From Eledone cirrhosa (Eukaryota): a stretch of DNA of 64,000 nucleotides. How positions within the stretch are numbered: the stretch's first letter is position 1; the number at the start of each line of letters is the position of its first letter. Location of the stretch: positions 88,412,001 to 88,476,000 of the forward strand of contig OZ024745.1 in assembly GCA_964016885.1 (NCBI GenBank). Direction: 5' to 3'. The position numbers were made by a program, and so were the translations under genes. This document shows positions 1-12,952 of the stretch, one piece after another. Under the pieces are notes generated by a model that saw only the letters and a list, made by a program, of their open reading frames with translations, made no database searches and was not told the DNA's origin.

Positions 1-312
1 AAAAAAAATTGAGGAAAAAACGTGTGAGAATGTCTTCCGGTTTTTCTATTATATTAGACTAGGAATAGAAATGGAAGTATATGGTTAATGTTCTCTGTAA
101 AGTAGGAAACATCTGGTGTGAAGACGTGCTTCATGTAATAGTAGAGTTAGTACATATCTACTGTAATCTTGTAAAAGTGATATTCACTCATGATATAAAC
201 ATTATACTTGTTCTATTATACTGACTGAATACTGAATATATATATTTCTTTACCACCACCTCCATCTTAATAAATCTGTATACACTATAACCATTTAGAA
301 TCTCTCTCTCTC

Positions 313-381
<69 letters not shown>

Positions 382-473
382 ATAATAATAAAATTGGAGA
401 CTAAAATCAAATATATATATATATATTTAAGCAAAAAAGGGATATTCATATATATATATATATATATATATAT

Positions 474-3010
474 AGTTTTGCGAGGTTTTTTATATGAAAT
501 CGTGTGTCGAAACAGATATTGTTATATTTGGGGAGGGTCATATTTGCGTAATATTGCCAGAATTAATAACAGAACACACTCACTGTTTGGTTGGTTTTCG
601 CTTCTCGCTGTCTTTTATATATATATATCTGCGATCTAACTTACTCGGTCCTCAATGTTGCCATTGACTGACCGGCGGTCAAAAATAATACAGATACAAT
701 ATAGACAAACACATATATATATAGTTTACATAAATCTTTCGTTGCACATCTGCAACATCGTCAGTGGTGTTATATTCATTGTTCCTCCTGTTGTGTTGTA
801 TGTCTACGCCATTTTTTTTTTTGTTCAGTCTGTCTATATATTTATTTATTTATTTGCTTGTTTGTTTATCTTATTTTATTTTGTCTTCTTTGCGCATGCG
901 TTTGCGTGTGTGTATAGTGTTATGTGTGATGTGTGACTAGTGTGTATAGTGTTGTGTCTGCTGGGTGACTAGTGTGTGTTTATGTGCTTGTGTATGTATT
1001 TATTTATCTTATTTTATTTAATTTAATTTACTTATTTATTTATACTTCTCTTAGGTCAGTGTTGTTTGTTTGGGTGTTGTTGTTGTTCCACTCATTCTTT
1101 CTGTTTAGCTTTGGTCTTCTAATTTCTATTTCACTGGCCTCTCTGATTTGCCTATCTGCTGGGTCATTCCTATGTTTAGATATTATTCTAATTTCTATGT
1201 TGTCTATGTTACCGTCATGATGTTGTCTAGCATGTTCGTATAGTACTGACCCGTTTTTTCGTCCTTTTAGTTCCCCCCAGTGTTGGTCTATCCTTTCACC
1301 TATGCTACGAGCTGTCTCACCTATGTATGTTGTTGTCGTGTTTCTGCAAGTACCCTCTGTACATCTTATGCTATAGACTACGTTTCTAGTTTTACAGTTT
1401 ATCCGGGGGTTCACCTTACATATGATACATTTCCTATTGGTACAGTGGGTTTTCTTAAAAGGGTAGGTTTTGCTGATCAGGGATTTTATGGTGGTTCCTG
1501 GCTTTTCTACCACCTTTATTTTTAAGTGGGTGTTTCTCAGGGCCTTTCTACACTGGTTAGCTAATTTCCCTCCAGGGGTGGCGTCCACAAACATGACACT
1601 CTGATATCTCTGGTTGTCGTACCATGATGTGGCCTTCCCTATCTAAGCTATTCCATGATTTGCTCCTGTATAGTGGGCAAATTCCTTTCATGTCCAGTTC
1701 TATGAGGGTCTTATACTTTTCCATGGCTCCTTCGTATACTCTGACTCTGTCTCTTTGGTTGTAGCCAGAGAACTGCATGCGGTTGATGAAGTGTTGGATG
1801 TGTCCTTCCATTTCTGTTGGGTCGCACATGCTGGACACATTCTTCATCACTCGTACCAAATCTGCGATCAGAATATTAAACTTAGCACTACTGGACATTG
1901 CTGAGTTTTTGAGTATCAGGTATTTGGAGGCCATGGGTTTAGCATAGTGTGAGTGGAGAATTTGGGCTCTCTCGTCTATAGTGTTAATCCAGAGTTCTGT
2001 GTCTAATACAGGTAGTCTATTGTTAGGGTGTTTGGAAGGGAAGTCTATAGTTACAGTTATACTCTGGTGTATGGAATTAGCTATCTGCTGGATGCTTTCC
2101 ATCGTGCTACGTTCTAAATCAAACTTGTTAGTGCTCTCTAGTGGGGGTGTTCTTATAACTATATTGATATCGTCTACATAACGAGAGTACATGATGAGGT
2201 CTATGGAGCTTTCATTAAGGAGATCTTTAAGTCTCCTTTCCCACCATACCATGAAAAGGTTGGCAACATCGCCAGCTATGCTGACGCCGATGGCTGCTCC
2301 CTCATTTTGGGTGTAGATTTTCTCATTGAACTTAAATATGTGGCCCTTTAGGGTAGTTTTGATACTAGCCCCTATTGCATGTGCGACCATTTTTCTTACC
2401 TGATCAGTGTTTTGGGGGGTCCGTATAGCTTTGGTCCACCCAATCCACCTTCCTATGGGAGTCTTTTTAGCCATTGAGGTTATGGTGGGGGGTCTACCTC
2501 TTATAGGTCTACTAGGGCAGAAACATCTAAGGTCATGGCTGTCTAGGTAGTCAGTGTCGTAGGTAAGTCTAAGTAGGAGGCCCAGTTCGTCTGTGTCGAC
2601 GTCGCAGAACTCCACCTCACTCTCAATGATCATCTCCACACATCTTTTCACAGCAAAATCAATGTTAATGGATGGGTACAGTGACACCACATCCATGCTG
2701 CCTATTATGCAGTTGGATAGGCTCCTGTTTTTGTTGCACTCACTGATTCTGCTGAGGAGGTCCTCTGTACTTTCACATACATCTGGGGACATCTTGATTA
2801 TGGGGCGTATAACCATTGAGAGGAAGTAGGAGATCCTGTAGTTGCTAGCTATATTAGCTCCGCATACAGGTCTTGTTGGTGGTCCTGTTGTCGGGTCGTG
2901 TTGTCGGGTCGTCGAGACAGCGAGAAGCGAAAACCAACCAAACAGTGAGTGTGTTCTGTTATTAATTCTGGCAATATTACGCAAATATGACCCTCCCCAA
3001 ATATAACAAT
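474..3010 (-). mobile_element. Penelope-like element family A, copy 1: 5'-truncated, with an inverted copy of its 3' end (2915-3010) capping the 5' side
   Basis: ORF 1557-2984 has RT motifs (RPVCG, SMDVVSLYPSI, GAAIG..IAG..ANLFM, RYVDD, LPVLD). A frameshifted GIY-YIG follows at 1040-1594 (NVVYSIRC..YIGETARSIGERIDQH) after a C-x4-C-xx-C linker (Neptune-like, inferred). 515-612 is the reverse complement of 2915-3010. (TA)n flanks both sides. Confidence 0.92.
728..767 (-). ncRNA. Type I hammerhead motif in the family A pLTR (extra nucleotide after A9)
   Basis: Minus strand: cca CTGACGA t GTTGCA gatg TGCAAC GAAA gatt TA tgt. Core boxes are intact, stem II is 6 bp, stem I is weak. Confidence 0.7.
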
Positions 3011-3074
3011 ATATATATATATATATATTAATTCAAATATTAACAATATAGATATTCTTGTGATCAATTAAATG

Positions 3075-3133
3075 TTATTATACATATTTCAGAGGTACTG
3101 AATTAAGTTCAACAGTACGTCCTCATCAGATAA
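3075..3133 (-). ncRNA. Type I hammerhead motif (solo pLTR-like remnant abutting a TA tract)
   Basis: Minus strand: ttat CTGATGA ggacgtactg ttgaacttaatt cagtacctct GAAA tatgta TA ataa. Stem I is 4 bp, stem II ~9 bp, stem III near-palindromic, AUA triplet. Confidence 0.75.
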
Positions 3134-3630
3134 AATAAAATGATACATGACATACCCTGACATGTTAGATGGTTAAGATTTAATCAAGGTAGTGATTAAC
3201 TTATGAGAAACCTCGATATTTATACCCTAATATTGAGAACACGAGAAAACGTAATAGAATCAATAGAGAGAGTGTGAGTAAGAAACACATTGCCTTAATG
3301 CAACAGTTATAGAATTTTTAAATTTGAAATACTACTATAGAACGGAAGAGGAAAGTATAGAGGAAGGCGTATATGGAGTTATAATTTATTTAGTATTTAG
3401 CTTGAGAAGACAAATGACAGATAATTAAAGAGAGGGAGAGACAAAGGGAAGTAATTTATGCTCAAATTTCTTTAGACACACATAAACACATACAGCTTTG
3501 GCGGTTAAATTTCAAAATATTTAATTTATGTTATTTCAGTGTGAAGAATCTGGAAAATATCCACCGTAGAGTGCTTCCAATCTACTGTAAAACTCATTAT
3601 TTGATGTACTCATTGAATCTTGTTTAACTC

Positions 3631-3634
<4 letters not shown>

Positions 3635-3703
<69 letters not shown>

Positions 3704-3853
3704 TAATCTTTTCTTAAAACTAACGTATATCCCCGAATATCTGCTGCTGTTATTGTTGTTGCTGTTGTTGGTGTTACTGTTGTAGCTGTTGCTACTACTA
3801 CTGCTACTACTACTACTACTACTACTACTGCTACTGCTGCTTCTGCTGTTGTG

Positions 3854-3905
<52 letters not shown>

Positions 3906-4017
3906 TTACTACTACAGATGCTGCTTCTGTTGCTGCTGAAGCTAATACTCCTACTACTGCTAATACTACTACTACTGCTGCTGCTACTTCTGCTGCTGCC
4001 ACTACTACTACTACTAA

Positions 4018-4048
<31 letters not shown>

Positions 4049-4072
4049 ACTACTACTACTACTACTACTACT
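3635..4072. repeat. (TA)n followed by a compound (CTA/CTG/GTT)n microsatellite
   Basis: Directly visible. It explains the poly-S/T/V/A ORFs. Confidence 0.95.
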
Positions 4073-4306
4073 GGTTCTCTTATGCATCTAGATTATACCT
4101 CTTAGTAAAGAACTTTGATTTTCATCAAGCTCAGACAATCAGGAAAGGTTACAATTTCCAATGTTGCCTTCATATATTAATTAAATTAACAAACAGAAGA
4201 TTCAACAGCCTACATATCATATAACCATATCGAATTTAATAAGAGAATATTTTCTGGTATTGAACTTCAAGTCTACGTTGATATTCTTTGATAGTACACT
4301 AAATTA

Positions 4307-4629
4307 CCGTATCTCCCGGCCTGGAAGATGCTACTTTTTTCCTAAAATAAGTCTCAAAAATCTACCATGTGTCCTACAGGCCGAAGGTTGTTTATTATTT
4401 GGCAGTATCGGTAGAGTGTCGGATACCATGCTTGGCAGCATAGAGTCCTTTATGATCTGAGTGCAAATCCCGCCGAGGTTAAATTTGCACGGGGTCAATA
4501 AAATAAAGCACTGGGATAATTACTGGCCTTGTGCCAAAAGTAAAAACAATAATTTTTTTCCAAATTTTTGCTTGTCAAAATTAGGGTGCGTCTTCGACGA
4601 CGAAGCGTCGTCGGCGCCGTGAAATACGG
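4307..4629. mobile_element. Tc2/pogo-like MITE with a nested SINE
   Basis: Termini TA|CCGTATCTC ... GAAATACGG|TA with a TA duplication and internal inverted similarity (gaagatgc / gcgtcttc). Confidence 0.6.
4400..4550 (+). mobile_element. tRNA-derived SINE (main family), internally deleted copy
   Basis: A-box TGGCAGTATCGG, B-box-like GTGCAAATCC, tail GGCCTTGTGCCAAAAG. Confidence 0.8.
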
Positions 4630-4985
4630 TAACTGATAAGTAATAGATAGGTGTCGTCAAAAAACATGAACGTTAAAAAAAATCAAAGATGCAGTAAATG
4701 AATAAACGAATCTGTCTAAAGTGTAGCATATACCAGGATATATACGAAATAGATGTAAGAGGTAATGAATCACTACCTCCTTACGGACAACTGACGCTGC
4801 ACACCAGGTCCGAACAAAGACGAGCCGAAATCCCACTATCATTGCCTCCACCCCTATCTTCGTCCCCATCTCTCTGTATTATGAAAAAATGGGCTACCAC
4901 GTGCTGGCCGCCCTACGGCCCCGGTGAATAGAATGGGGAAGGTGTTTCCCCAGGAGGATGGTAAGGGAGATGCATCTTTTGTGAA

Positions 4986-5080
4986 GGTGCGTGGGTTTGT
5001 GCTTAGGATATTCGGTTCAAGATCATAAGGTCGTGAGTTCGATTTCCAGTGACGTATTGTCTCCTTGAGTGTGCTCTTTT
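4986..5080 (+). mobile_element. Second tRNA-derived SINE family (CORE-like), fragment
   Basis: B-box GAGTTCGATT followed by TGTCTCCTTGAG. A related minus-strand copy lies at ~28400-28650. Confidence 0.45.
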
Positions 5081-5140
5081 ATTATAGTGTCGGTATAACA
5101 TCTGTCAGGGGAAAAGCGTTACGAATGACAATAATAATAA

Positions 5141-5353
5141 TGGTTTCTTATATAGGCACCATGCCAGAAATTTGGGGGAGGGGGAAGTCGATTAAATCGA
5201 CTCGAGTGTGTGACTGGCACTTTATTTTATCGACCCCGAAAGCGTGAAAGGCAAAGCTAACCTCGGGGGGGGGGGGGGGATTTTAACTCAGGACTTAAAG
5301 GGACGCAACTATGCCACGAAGCATGATGTCTGACACTCTACCAATTCTGCCAA
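5141..5353 (-). mobile_element. tRNA-derived SINE (main family, long form)
   Basis: Matches other copies; central TTTGCCTTTCA..GGGGTCGATAAAATAAAGT (resembles the Meta-domain SINE core, recalled, unverified); (ATT)n tail. Confidence 0.85.
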
Positions 5354-5724
5354 TAATAATACGGATTTCAGTAATGTAAAGTGGTTTTAGCAGTGTAACT
5401 ATCTGAGTGAGAAACCCAAGGAAAAAATCCAAGAACAACAACAACAAAAACAAACCCCAGCAATAATTTAACAAGAAACAATCTTGTAAATAAGAGAACA
5501 CAAACTAAAAGGTAAGGGAAGTATTTTGGTTATAATTGAAACGGAAATAGTTACTACAAAGAAAGTGTGGTTTTCAATAAATCTTTTGACCTCAATATCG
5601 TTATAAATATATCACATGGCTTACATGTAACTTAAGAATTATTCTCAAAAATGTTATTAACTGAAGTAATTTTTGGATGTCAGTAGCATTGTCCTCCTAA
5701 TCGATACTAGGCTGTTGTTGCTAG

Positions 5725-5959
5725 TTCTATAAGAGGCAAAATATAAGAAGGATGTTGAAGACAATCTCTCAGACGTTTTTTCAGGAAAATAAATAGGTTT
5801 CATTGAACGAGGCATAAAAACGTTGCCTTCCCGTTGGGTTGCAGTCGTTTGTAAACGATGGTGATTACATTCTTGATTAAAATTATTCAGATCAACGTAG
5901 TTTATATTCGTTTTTATATTCTGTCTAGAAAGCCGCAATTACTTTCCGAACACCCTATA
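5725..5959 (+). mobile_element. mariner transposase 3' remnant with right TIR
   Basis: Translates ..KDVEDNLSDVF..FIERGIKTLPSRWVAVV..DGDYILD*, a typical mariner C-terminus, and ends AATTACTTTCCGAACACCCTATA. Confidence 0.7.
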
Positions 5960-6659
5960 ACTGTATTGTATGATGTATGTTTACATCAAGCTGAAGACAA
6001 TGAAGCTGTCTGCTCCAGCTAATGAGAAAAAGAACAGCTAGTGACTTGAAAATATTTCAACGTTTCTAGTTTACTGTACTTGTAGATATTAATTAAAGAT
6101 TTATAAATGTTCTATACCGATCATTTATATCAGATTTTGGCAAAGTGACTCCCATAATCTTTAGAATCTAAATGATTAATACAGAAACAAATCAACATTG
6201 TGAGTTAAGGAAACGGAGCCACATAGTGAAGGAGCATCTCGTCATGAGCTCCTAAGTCAAACTAACAATAAGGTAAACGGTTGAGTTTGACATATTGACA
6301 TAGATGGACCTGAGCCAAAACCATTGGTGTTATAAAAAAAAAACTTCTTTACTACCAAACTAAATCCTTCGGGTGATATCATAAAGGTGACATGAACCAA
6401 ATCTAGGCCTCCAAAAAAAAAAAATTGATTCTTCCCCAATTAAAAGGACGTAAAGTTGGGAAAAGTATGAAAAAAATCTTTAAAAAACAACTTTATAACT
6501 GTATTCCTGAAAGGTAAACACATTTCTAAACATAAGAAGCAAGTCATTAACACCAGAGTAGTCATAGTAGTTGTAGGATTCCCTAGACGAGAATCGAAAT
6601 CCCGACTTATAAATTCCAAATTTGTGTTTGCAGAAAATTCTTCTAAAATGTCAAATAAC

Positions 6660-6832
6660 TGTTTCTACTTTAGGCACAAGGCCAGCAAATACCCAGTGCA
6701 TTACTGGTACTTTATTTTATCGACCCGTAAGGATGAAAGGCAAAGTCAACCTCGGCGGGATTTGAACTCAGATCGTAAAGGGACGTAACTATGCTGGAAA
6801 GCATGGCGTCCGACCCTCTACCGATACTGCCA
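6660..6832 (-). mobile_element. tRNA-derived SINE (main family, short form)
   Basis: A/B boxes, central core and tail present. It lacks the GTCGATTTAATCGAC..CCCC segment. Confidence 0.9.
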
Positions 6833-7159
6833 CTACAAAACACTTTGAAAAAACTGAACTGCGTTCTTTGCACGTTGTTTTTGTCATGAACCACATCCAG
6901 GACGTCTCCGTATCTTCAGTTTGACATTGTCTTTATTTGTACTGACATATTTATTTGTACTGACATCAGTAGTTAATACAAACCATAATTTAAGCAAACA
7001 TTAAACTCCACAATAGAAATTAAACAACATCACAGAGTTAACACACAGAGTCATGCTTCAAACCGTATTGAAAATATTGACTAGATATTACAATAAACAA
7101 TGTATTACAGTAAATCTAAAACATATAACAAATAAAAGACGTCAAACCCTGCTGAGGTC

Positions 7160-7250
7160 AATATCACCTTTCATCCTTCTCGAGATGTGTGTAATATCAC
7201 CTTTCATCCTTCTCGAGGTGTGTGTAATATCACCTTTCATCCTTCTCGAG
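7160..7250 (+). repeat. Three 33-bp tandem repeats derived from the SINE core
   Basis: AATATCACCTTTCATCCTTCTCGAG(A/G)TGTGTGT x ~2.8 inside an old SINE copy. Confidence 0.85.
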
Positions 7251-7336
7251 TCATGTATGCTGGTCGATAAAAATCGATCTCTTCACCCCCCACCAAAAAA
7301 CAACAAATGTTGGCTTTGAGATAAAATTATTAACCC

Positions 7337-7555
7337 GCAGTGAATTGGCAGAATAGTAGAGCATCGGGCAACGTGGTTTGCGCATTTAGTTACGTCCCTT
7401 TGCATTTTGCGTTCAAATCCTGCTGAGGTTAGCTTTGTCTTTCATCCTTACGAGGTCGATAAGATAAAGTACCAGTCACGGACTAGGGTCGATTTAATCC
7501 AATTTCTCTTCCCTTCAAATTGCTGGCCTTATGCGAAAAGAAGAAGCAATTATTA
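7337..7555 (+). mobile_element. tRNA-derived SINE (main family, diverged)
   Basis: TTGGCAGAATAG..GTTCAAATCC..CTTTCATCCTTACGAGGTCGATAAG. Confidence 0.8.
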
Positions 7556-8396
7556 TCCTTATTTCTTCCATCTCTGTCATCGTTGTCATCGTTTTTATAA
7601 CTTAAGCCTGTGTGCTACTTGTTGAAGCATGACAGATCAAAACTGTAAGACAAGGAATCCACTATATATCACGTGATATGTATAACATACAATGACTGTA
7701 TAAGACATTTTAGTTTTGGATAACTGAGCATGAGTGGGCAATAATAAAGATGCAGTCATTTGTTTTCACTCCTACTTTTCTCACAAATCTCACAAACAAC
7801 ACGTCCTGATATGTATCTTTCTTGTCTATGATAGAAATAAAAACATCAACAACCACCTAGCTATCCGGGCTGTATTCCTCGGAGCAATTCCTCGGAGAAA
7901 TTATTTTAGACGTCGAACATATAGCACAGCAACATAAACGAATCTACCGATAAAACATATGTCAAACATGAAGAACAGACATATTTCCATACCTTTACAT
8001 GATCATGTTTTACTGGTAATGGCTTTACATTTAAAAAAAGATTATCTCTAACTTGGATGTACAAATGCCTTTTGAATGGGGCAGTTGCAACAACATCATT
8101 CGCGATACAAAACAGGTCGTTGCCACTAGTTATATTGAAAAGACTATCCACAATTCTTAAAATATAGATGGCAAATATCACCTATGATGATTCTCTCATT
8201 GTATTTATAGTTTCGATAAATTATAACATGACATTGTATAACGTAACACCACTGTTCTGCATACGCCTACCCACCAAATTTCAGTTGCTTCAAGAAAATG
8301 CCTTCTGATACACCTGTGGGTCTTACCCCACCTTATAGAATGACAATGTAGAAATATAATGGAAATTTAGTACATAAAACAAGCCACGACCCGTCA

Positions 8397-8710
8397 TCTG
8401 GGATGCCACATGTTGCGATACCTTCTCTAGTGGAAACCTTGTGCGTTCAGCTTCTCGCACAGCTTTGCTGCTGGTCAGGCTGAAGAGGGCAAACTGTCTA
8501 AGTATCGGGCGCTGGTTGATAGGCTTGCGGTCAAACCTTTGGCAGTGGATGCTTTCGGCTTTCTTGGCCCCACGCGAACATCCCTACTCGCTGATATCGG
8601 GGTGGAGTAGCCTACTCGCAAGTGCGTGCCCCGTGAGTTTGAGTTGCTGTTCTAGCATCTCCCCCTCGCCATTCTCCAGGGGAATGACTTCTCTATTCTG
8701 TCCGCTGGGA
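8397..8710 (+). mobile_element. CRE-clade non-LTR retrotransposon 3' fragment (restriction-like endonuclease)
   Basis: Frameshifted translation WDATCCDTFS..AEEGKLSKYRALVDRLAVKPLAVDAFG..F*HLPLAILQGN fits the CRE REL C-terminus pattern. Confidence 0.65.
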
Positions 8711-9356
8711 CCACGAGGTGGACACACGCTTAAACAAAGTGTAGTAAAAACTGATCACCCAGATACACAGTAAACAGCTATTGAAGAATACATGAAACAA
8801 CGAAAAAAACAAGAAACAACGAAAAACAGGGCTAGAAGGATAGCAAATTTTAATACTTCTTAATCATTAAAATTAAAATCTATCATTTGCTAAATATTTA
8901 AATACAAAAAACTAAAATTCTATTTATTTACAATATCGTTCTCAAAAGTTTTATTTTTAAATTCATAGGTCAGGAAAAAAAAATGCAGAATCTAGTTTTA
9001 AAAGTTTTTCATTTTCCAATGTTGACATTAGAATGAAAATAGCTTATTAATTATGCAGAAGTGATCTGAAAAGATAAGAAACTACACCAACATTGTATTT
9101 AATAACATAATGGCAGTTAAGGTAATGTCTATCAGCCCAAGTTTAATTCATACAACTGGAATGCAGCACAAGTATTTCTATAGAACCATTGATAAATTAC
9201 CTATAAGTTACCTAAAGATGTTCTAGTAAATAGCAATACTACGGTGGGGAAACATTTCTCACTCAGCATTTAAACTTCAACATTTTATGCATTTTTTCCC
9301 AAGAGTACTTGGTTTAAGAGAAGAAAGTCTTTGTTAATCTATCAAAACAAGAATAA

Positions 9357-9533
9357 TTGTTTCTACATTTGGCACAAGGCCAGCAATTACCCAGTACATT
9401 ACTGGTGCTTTATTTTATCGACCCTGTAAGGATGAAAGGCAAAGTTAACCTGGGCGGGATTTGAACTCAGATCGTAAGGGGCAGAAACTCTGTGTTGCAA
9501 AGTATGGCGTCCGACCGTCTACCAATACTGCCA
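9357..9533 (-). mobile_element. tRNA-derived SINE (short form)
   Basis: Near-identical to the 6660-6832 copy. Confidence 0.9.
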
Positions 9534-10256
9534 TCAAAATTAGAATAATGAAGATAGTAATTATGAGGAAAGTGACGATAATTATAATTTTAGTGATGAT
9601 GTTAATATTGGAAGTGTAAGTGAGGGTCGCGGTCGTCATCTGAATGATGATGACAATGATGATGATGATGATGACAATGATCCTAGAAGTGATGATGTAT
9701 ATTGTTTATCATGGTTTCTCAACTACAATTCATTTACAAATCGGTGACTACAATGTAACAAATGAATTTACGAAAAAACACCAATTTTTCCTGAAGAAAC
9801 ATCAGATTAATGTTTAAAGATTTTACGCGTGTTTACATTTGTTTAATTAAAAGTGTTCATGTTTATGTTGTAATTATCTGCAACGCTGCTTTGCCGTCAG
9901 ATATTCTATCTCTCTTAAATATGATATTACCAATTTAACTTGAATGTTTCATTGTTCCTTGAGCTTCAGTTCTGTGGATATAATGAATTGTTGTGTAAAC
10001 TTCATACTCTATTAATTACTCCATATTTGTTCTCAATGATACATGTGGGATATATAAACAGCGATACATTTCCTTTCCAAATATTTCTTTTTATAAATTA
10101 TTATTTTAATTCATTGACATTAAATATATAAAAATCATACTTCAGCAAAAAAAAAAAAAAAATGTCGTAACAAACCAGCCTCCATCCTAGGTCCCTGGTT
10201 GAGGGTGGGTGGGAGGTATCTGAATATACAGATATCCAAGGATGATAATAATAATA

Positions 10257-10955
10257 ATGGTTTCTCATTTTGGTACAAGGTCAACAATTTTTGGGGAGGG
10301 AAAAGTCGATTAAATCAACCCCTGTGTGGTACTGGTACTTTATTTTATCGACGCCATACGGATGAAAGGCAAAGCTAACATCGGTGGGATTTGAACACAG
10401 ATCATAAAGGACCGTAACTCTATGCGGCAAATCATAACGCCCGACCCTCTACCGATACTGCCAATCCACCGCCCTTTCAAGGATTATAATAATTGTTTCA
10501 ACTTTTGGCACCAGACCAGCAATTAACCAGTACATTACTGGTACTTCATTTTATGGCGCCCACCCACTACCGATACTGCCAATCCACAGAATAGCGGTTT
10601 CGGATTTAAGCACAAGGCCAACAATGTTGGGGAAGGGAAAAGTCGATTAAATCGACACCAGTGTGGTACTGGTACCTTATTTTATCGACGTTGTACGGAT
10701 GAAAGGCAAAGCTAACCCCGGCGGGATTTGAACGCAGATCGTAAAGGAATGTAACTCTATGTCACAAAGCATGCTGCCCGACGCTTTACCGATACTGCCA
10801 ATCCACCACCCTATGCGTTACTCGCAAATGATTTAATCGACCCCGTAAGGGCAAAGTTAACCTTGACAAGATTTGAACTCATAACGTAAAAGGGTCGTAC
10901 CTCTATGCCATAAAGCATGCTGTCTGACGCTCTACCGATTACTGCCAATCTGCTG
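10257..10955 (-). mobile_element. Cluster of 4 co-oriented SINE copies (long, short fragment, long, partial)
   Basis: Repeated GATTTGAAC / CTACCGATACTGCCAATCCAC heads and CACAAGGCCA tails. Confidence 0.88.
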
Positions 10956-11229
10956 CTTAATATAAGGCTACCAAAAAAGTCCCTATTTTCCCCTACCTGG
11001 TGTCATGGGAGACAATATATGATTGTCAGCACTCCTCCACACATTCTCTCTTTTTCCGGAAGATAATCTATATTTCAGTCCGACCTGCGTTACTATTTGC
11101 ACAACTATGATTAAATGAATTAAATGAATTGACTTTCTAGTTATCTCCTTCGAAAATTGAGATTTATAATCGAATTTCCTGGTATTCGATGTATCCTACC
11201 CTGACTTAAAATTATTATTTGTCTAGGTC

Positions 11230-11990
11230 ATTGGTTCGAAATTGTCTCGATTCTGTATAAAAAGCATCAGTTGGAGGGCAGCAGAAATATGCAGATCCTA
11301 TATTAACGAAAGCAGGAAATATGAGCACTGAAACCCTGATAGGCGACTTATATTGAAGAGGTCGTTATATCTCAACACCATAATGCAAGAAGTGAAATCT
11401 ACAAATTCTGTTTGAACAGTACAAAATTCATTCTTTGCTTCAGATCTCCATCAAAATACTCACGATAAACACCTGCAACTGTGATGGTTCTGTAAGATAT
11501 GAATAACGACGGAAATACCATGTCCCCTCACTTTCTTCGTGGATTAAGGGTCAATGTGTTGGAGAACGTTGTGAAGCCTCGGATAGAGAGCGTGAGCAAA
11601 CGAAGACCGTACTCATACCAACATGATTCAACGCCGTCTCATAGGCCATGACGACCCAGAAATGGTTGAATTACAATCTTTCGACCACTTCATCCCAGAA
11701 ATATGGCCTTCTAGTTCTCCAGATGTGAATCCGTTGGACTAGTAGGTATGTTAATCAACGTCCCCATAACACTATAAAATATCTGAAGTTCGCCATATCT
11801 AGCTCAATGTCCAAAATGAATAAAGATCATTTAATTCGTGCATGCCAAACTTTCACACATTTTACTGAAGCGGATATCAATGCTAATGGTGGATTGTGGC
11901 GAACAGTTTCAATTTTATTTCTACTAATACTTTCTCAAATAAAACTCTTTTTTCGTGATTAATGCGTTTTACTAACTTCATGTAAATTTC
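11230..11990 (+). mobile_element. Decayed Tc1/mariner (maT/DD37D-like) transposase
   Basis: Translates PATVMVL..VLENVVKPRIES..YSYQHDSTPSH..TQKWL..IWPSSSPDVNPLD*..ACQTF..INANGG with stops and frameshifts. Confidence 0.75.
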
Positions 11991-12032
11991 CTCAAAAAAA
12001 TATGCATCTCTTTATATATATATATATATATA

Positions 12033-12275
12033 GGAAAATGTTTAACCCCGGTGGCAGAGCTTAAGCCGTTTTGACGGCTATTTCTATCCAGAAATAGCCG
12101 TCGAAACGGCTTGAGCTGTGCCGTCGGGGTTAAACATTTTCCTATTACCCACTCTACTACCCTAAGTATTGGGTACTCTGGTGCGTTATGGTCCATCTGG
12201 TCCCTTACCACACCCCCTGTCCAGAAATAGCCGTCGAAACGGCTTGAGCACTGCCGTCGGGGTAATAATTTTTCC
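12033..12275. mobile_element. Fold-back mini-element family G (hairpin 12033-12142, tail, then a direct repeat) carrying the 3' half of a hammerhead
   Basis: About 52-bp inverted arms. GAAA CGGC-loop-GCCG TC gggg occurs twice on +. TA flanks. Relatives at 36521, 38827, 57462 and 58249. Confidence 0.75.
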
Positions 12276-12359
12276 TATATATATATATACATATTCACAT
12301 TTATACATAAATATATATATATATATATACACATATAAGCATATATATATATATGCATG

Positions 12360-12436
<77 letters not shown>

Positions 12437-12460
12437 GTATATATATATACATATATATAT

Positions 12461-12952
12461 AAACTTGAAAAAGTGGAGAATAACATGGTCAATAGTACAA
12501 AAAAGATTTATTTACACTCTAACAATTGTTTTACTGATAGAGTTGTCTAAAAATTGTAAACGCTGAAAGTAGCGCCACTCAATTTACTACATGTTATCTC
12601 CATCATGTCCTCAGAGACTGAAACTCTCTGAGGATATGGTAGAGATAAGATGTATTTTAAATTGAGTGGCACTACTTTCAGTGTTTAGCAATTTTTAGAC
12701 AACTCTATCAGTAAAACAATTGTTACACTCTGTATTAAATCTCCTTTTTTGTACTGTTGACCATGTTATTCTCCACATTTTCAATTTTATTACTCAAAGA
12801 TAAACCTACATAGGAATACAAGTTCAATCATAAGCTCGTCATCAACGTGAACCTCTTGTTGAGTCAAACAACGCCGCACGGTAAAACTATCCATGATAAG
12901 AAGTATTCACAACCTCTAATCGGATTACCTATAACGATATCTTGTTATCCTC
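12461..12952. mobile_element. Fold-back mini-element (~160-bp arms centred at ~12620, plus tail) with back-to-back long-loop hammerheads
   Basis: 12461-12618 is the reverse complement of 12624-12786. CTGAGGA..(long stem II)..AAAA CAATTG TT is on both strands. Homologous to 33925-34122 and 45232-45560. Confidence 0.8.

Noticed and set aside
490-525. Antisense HHR-like motif at family A termini (CTGAA(A/C)A cgtgtgtt GAAAC; also 20270-20300 and 33845-33875)
   Set aside because: G8 is missing in all three copies and stems I/II do not pair convincingly.
3610-4105. Poly-Ser/Thr/Val ORFs and all YIYI/THTH/CVCV ORFs in the window
   Set aside because: Translations of microsatellites.
7160-7250. CRISPR-like short repeat array
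   Set aside because: No unique spacers, the unit is the SINE core, and the context is eukaryotic.
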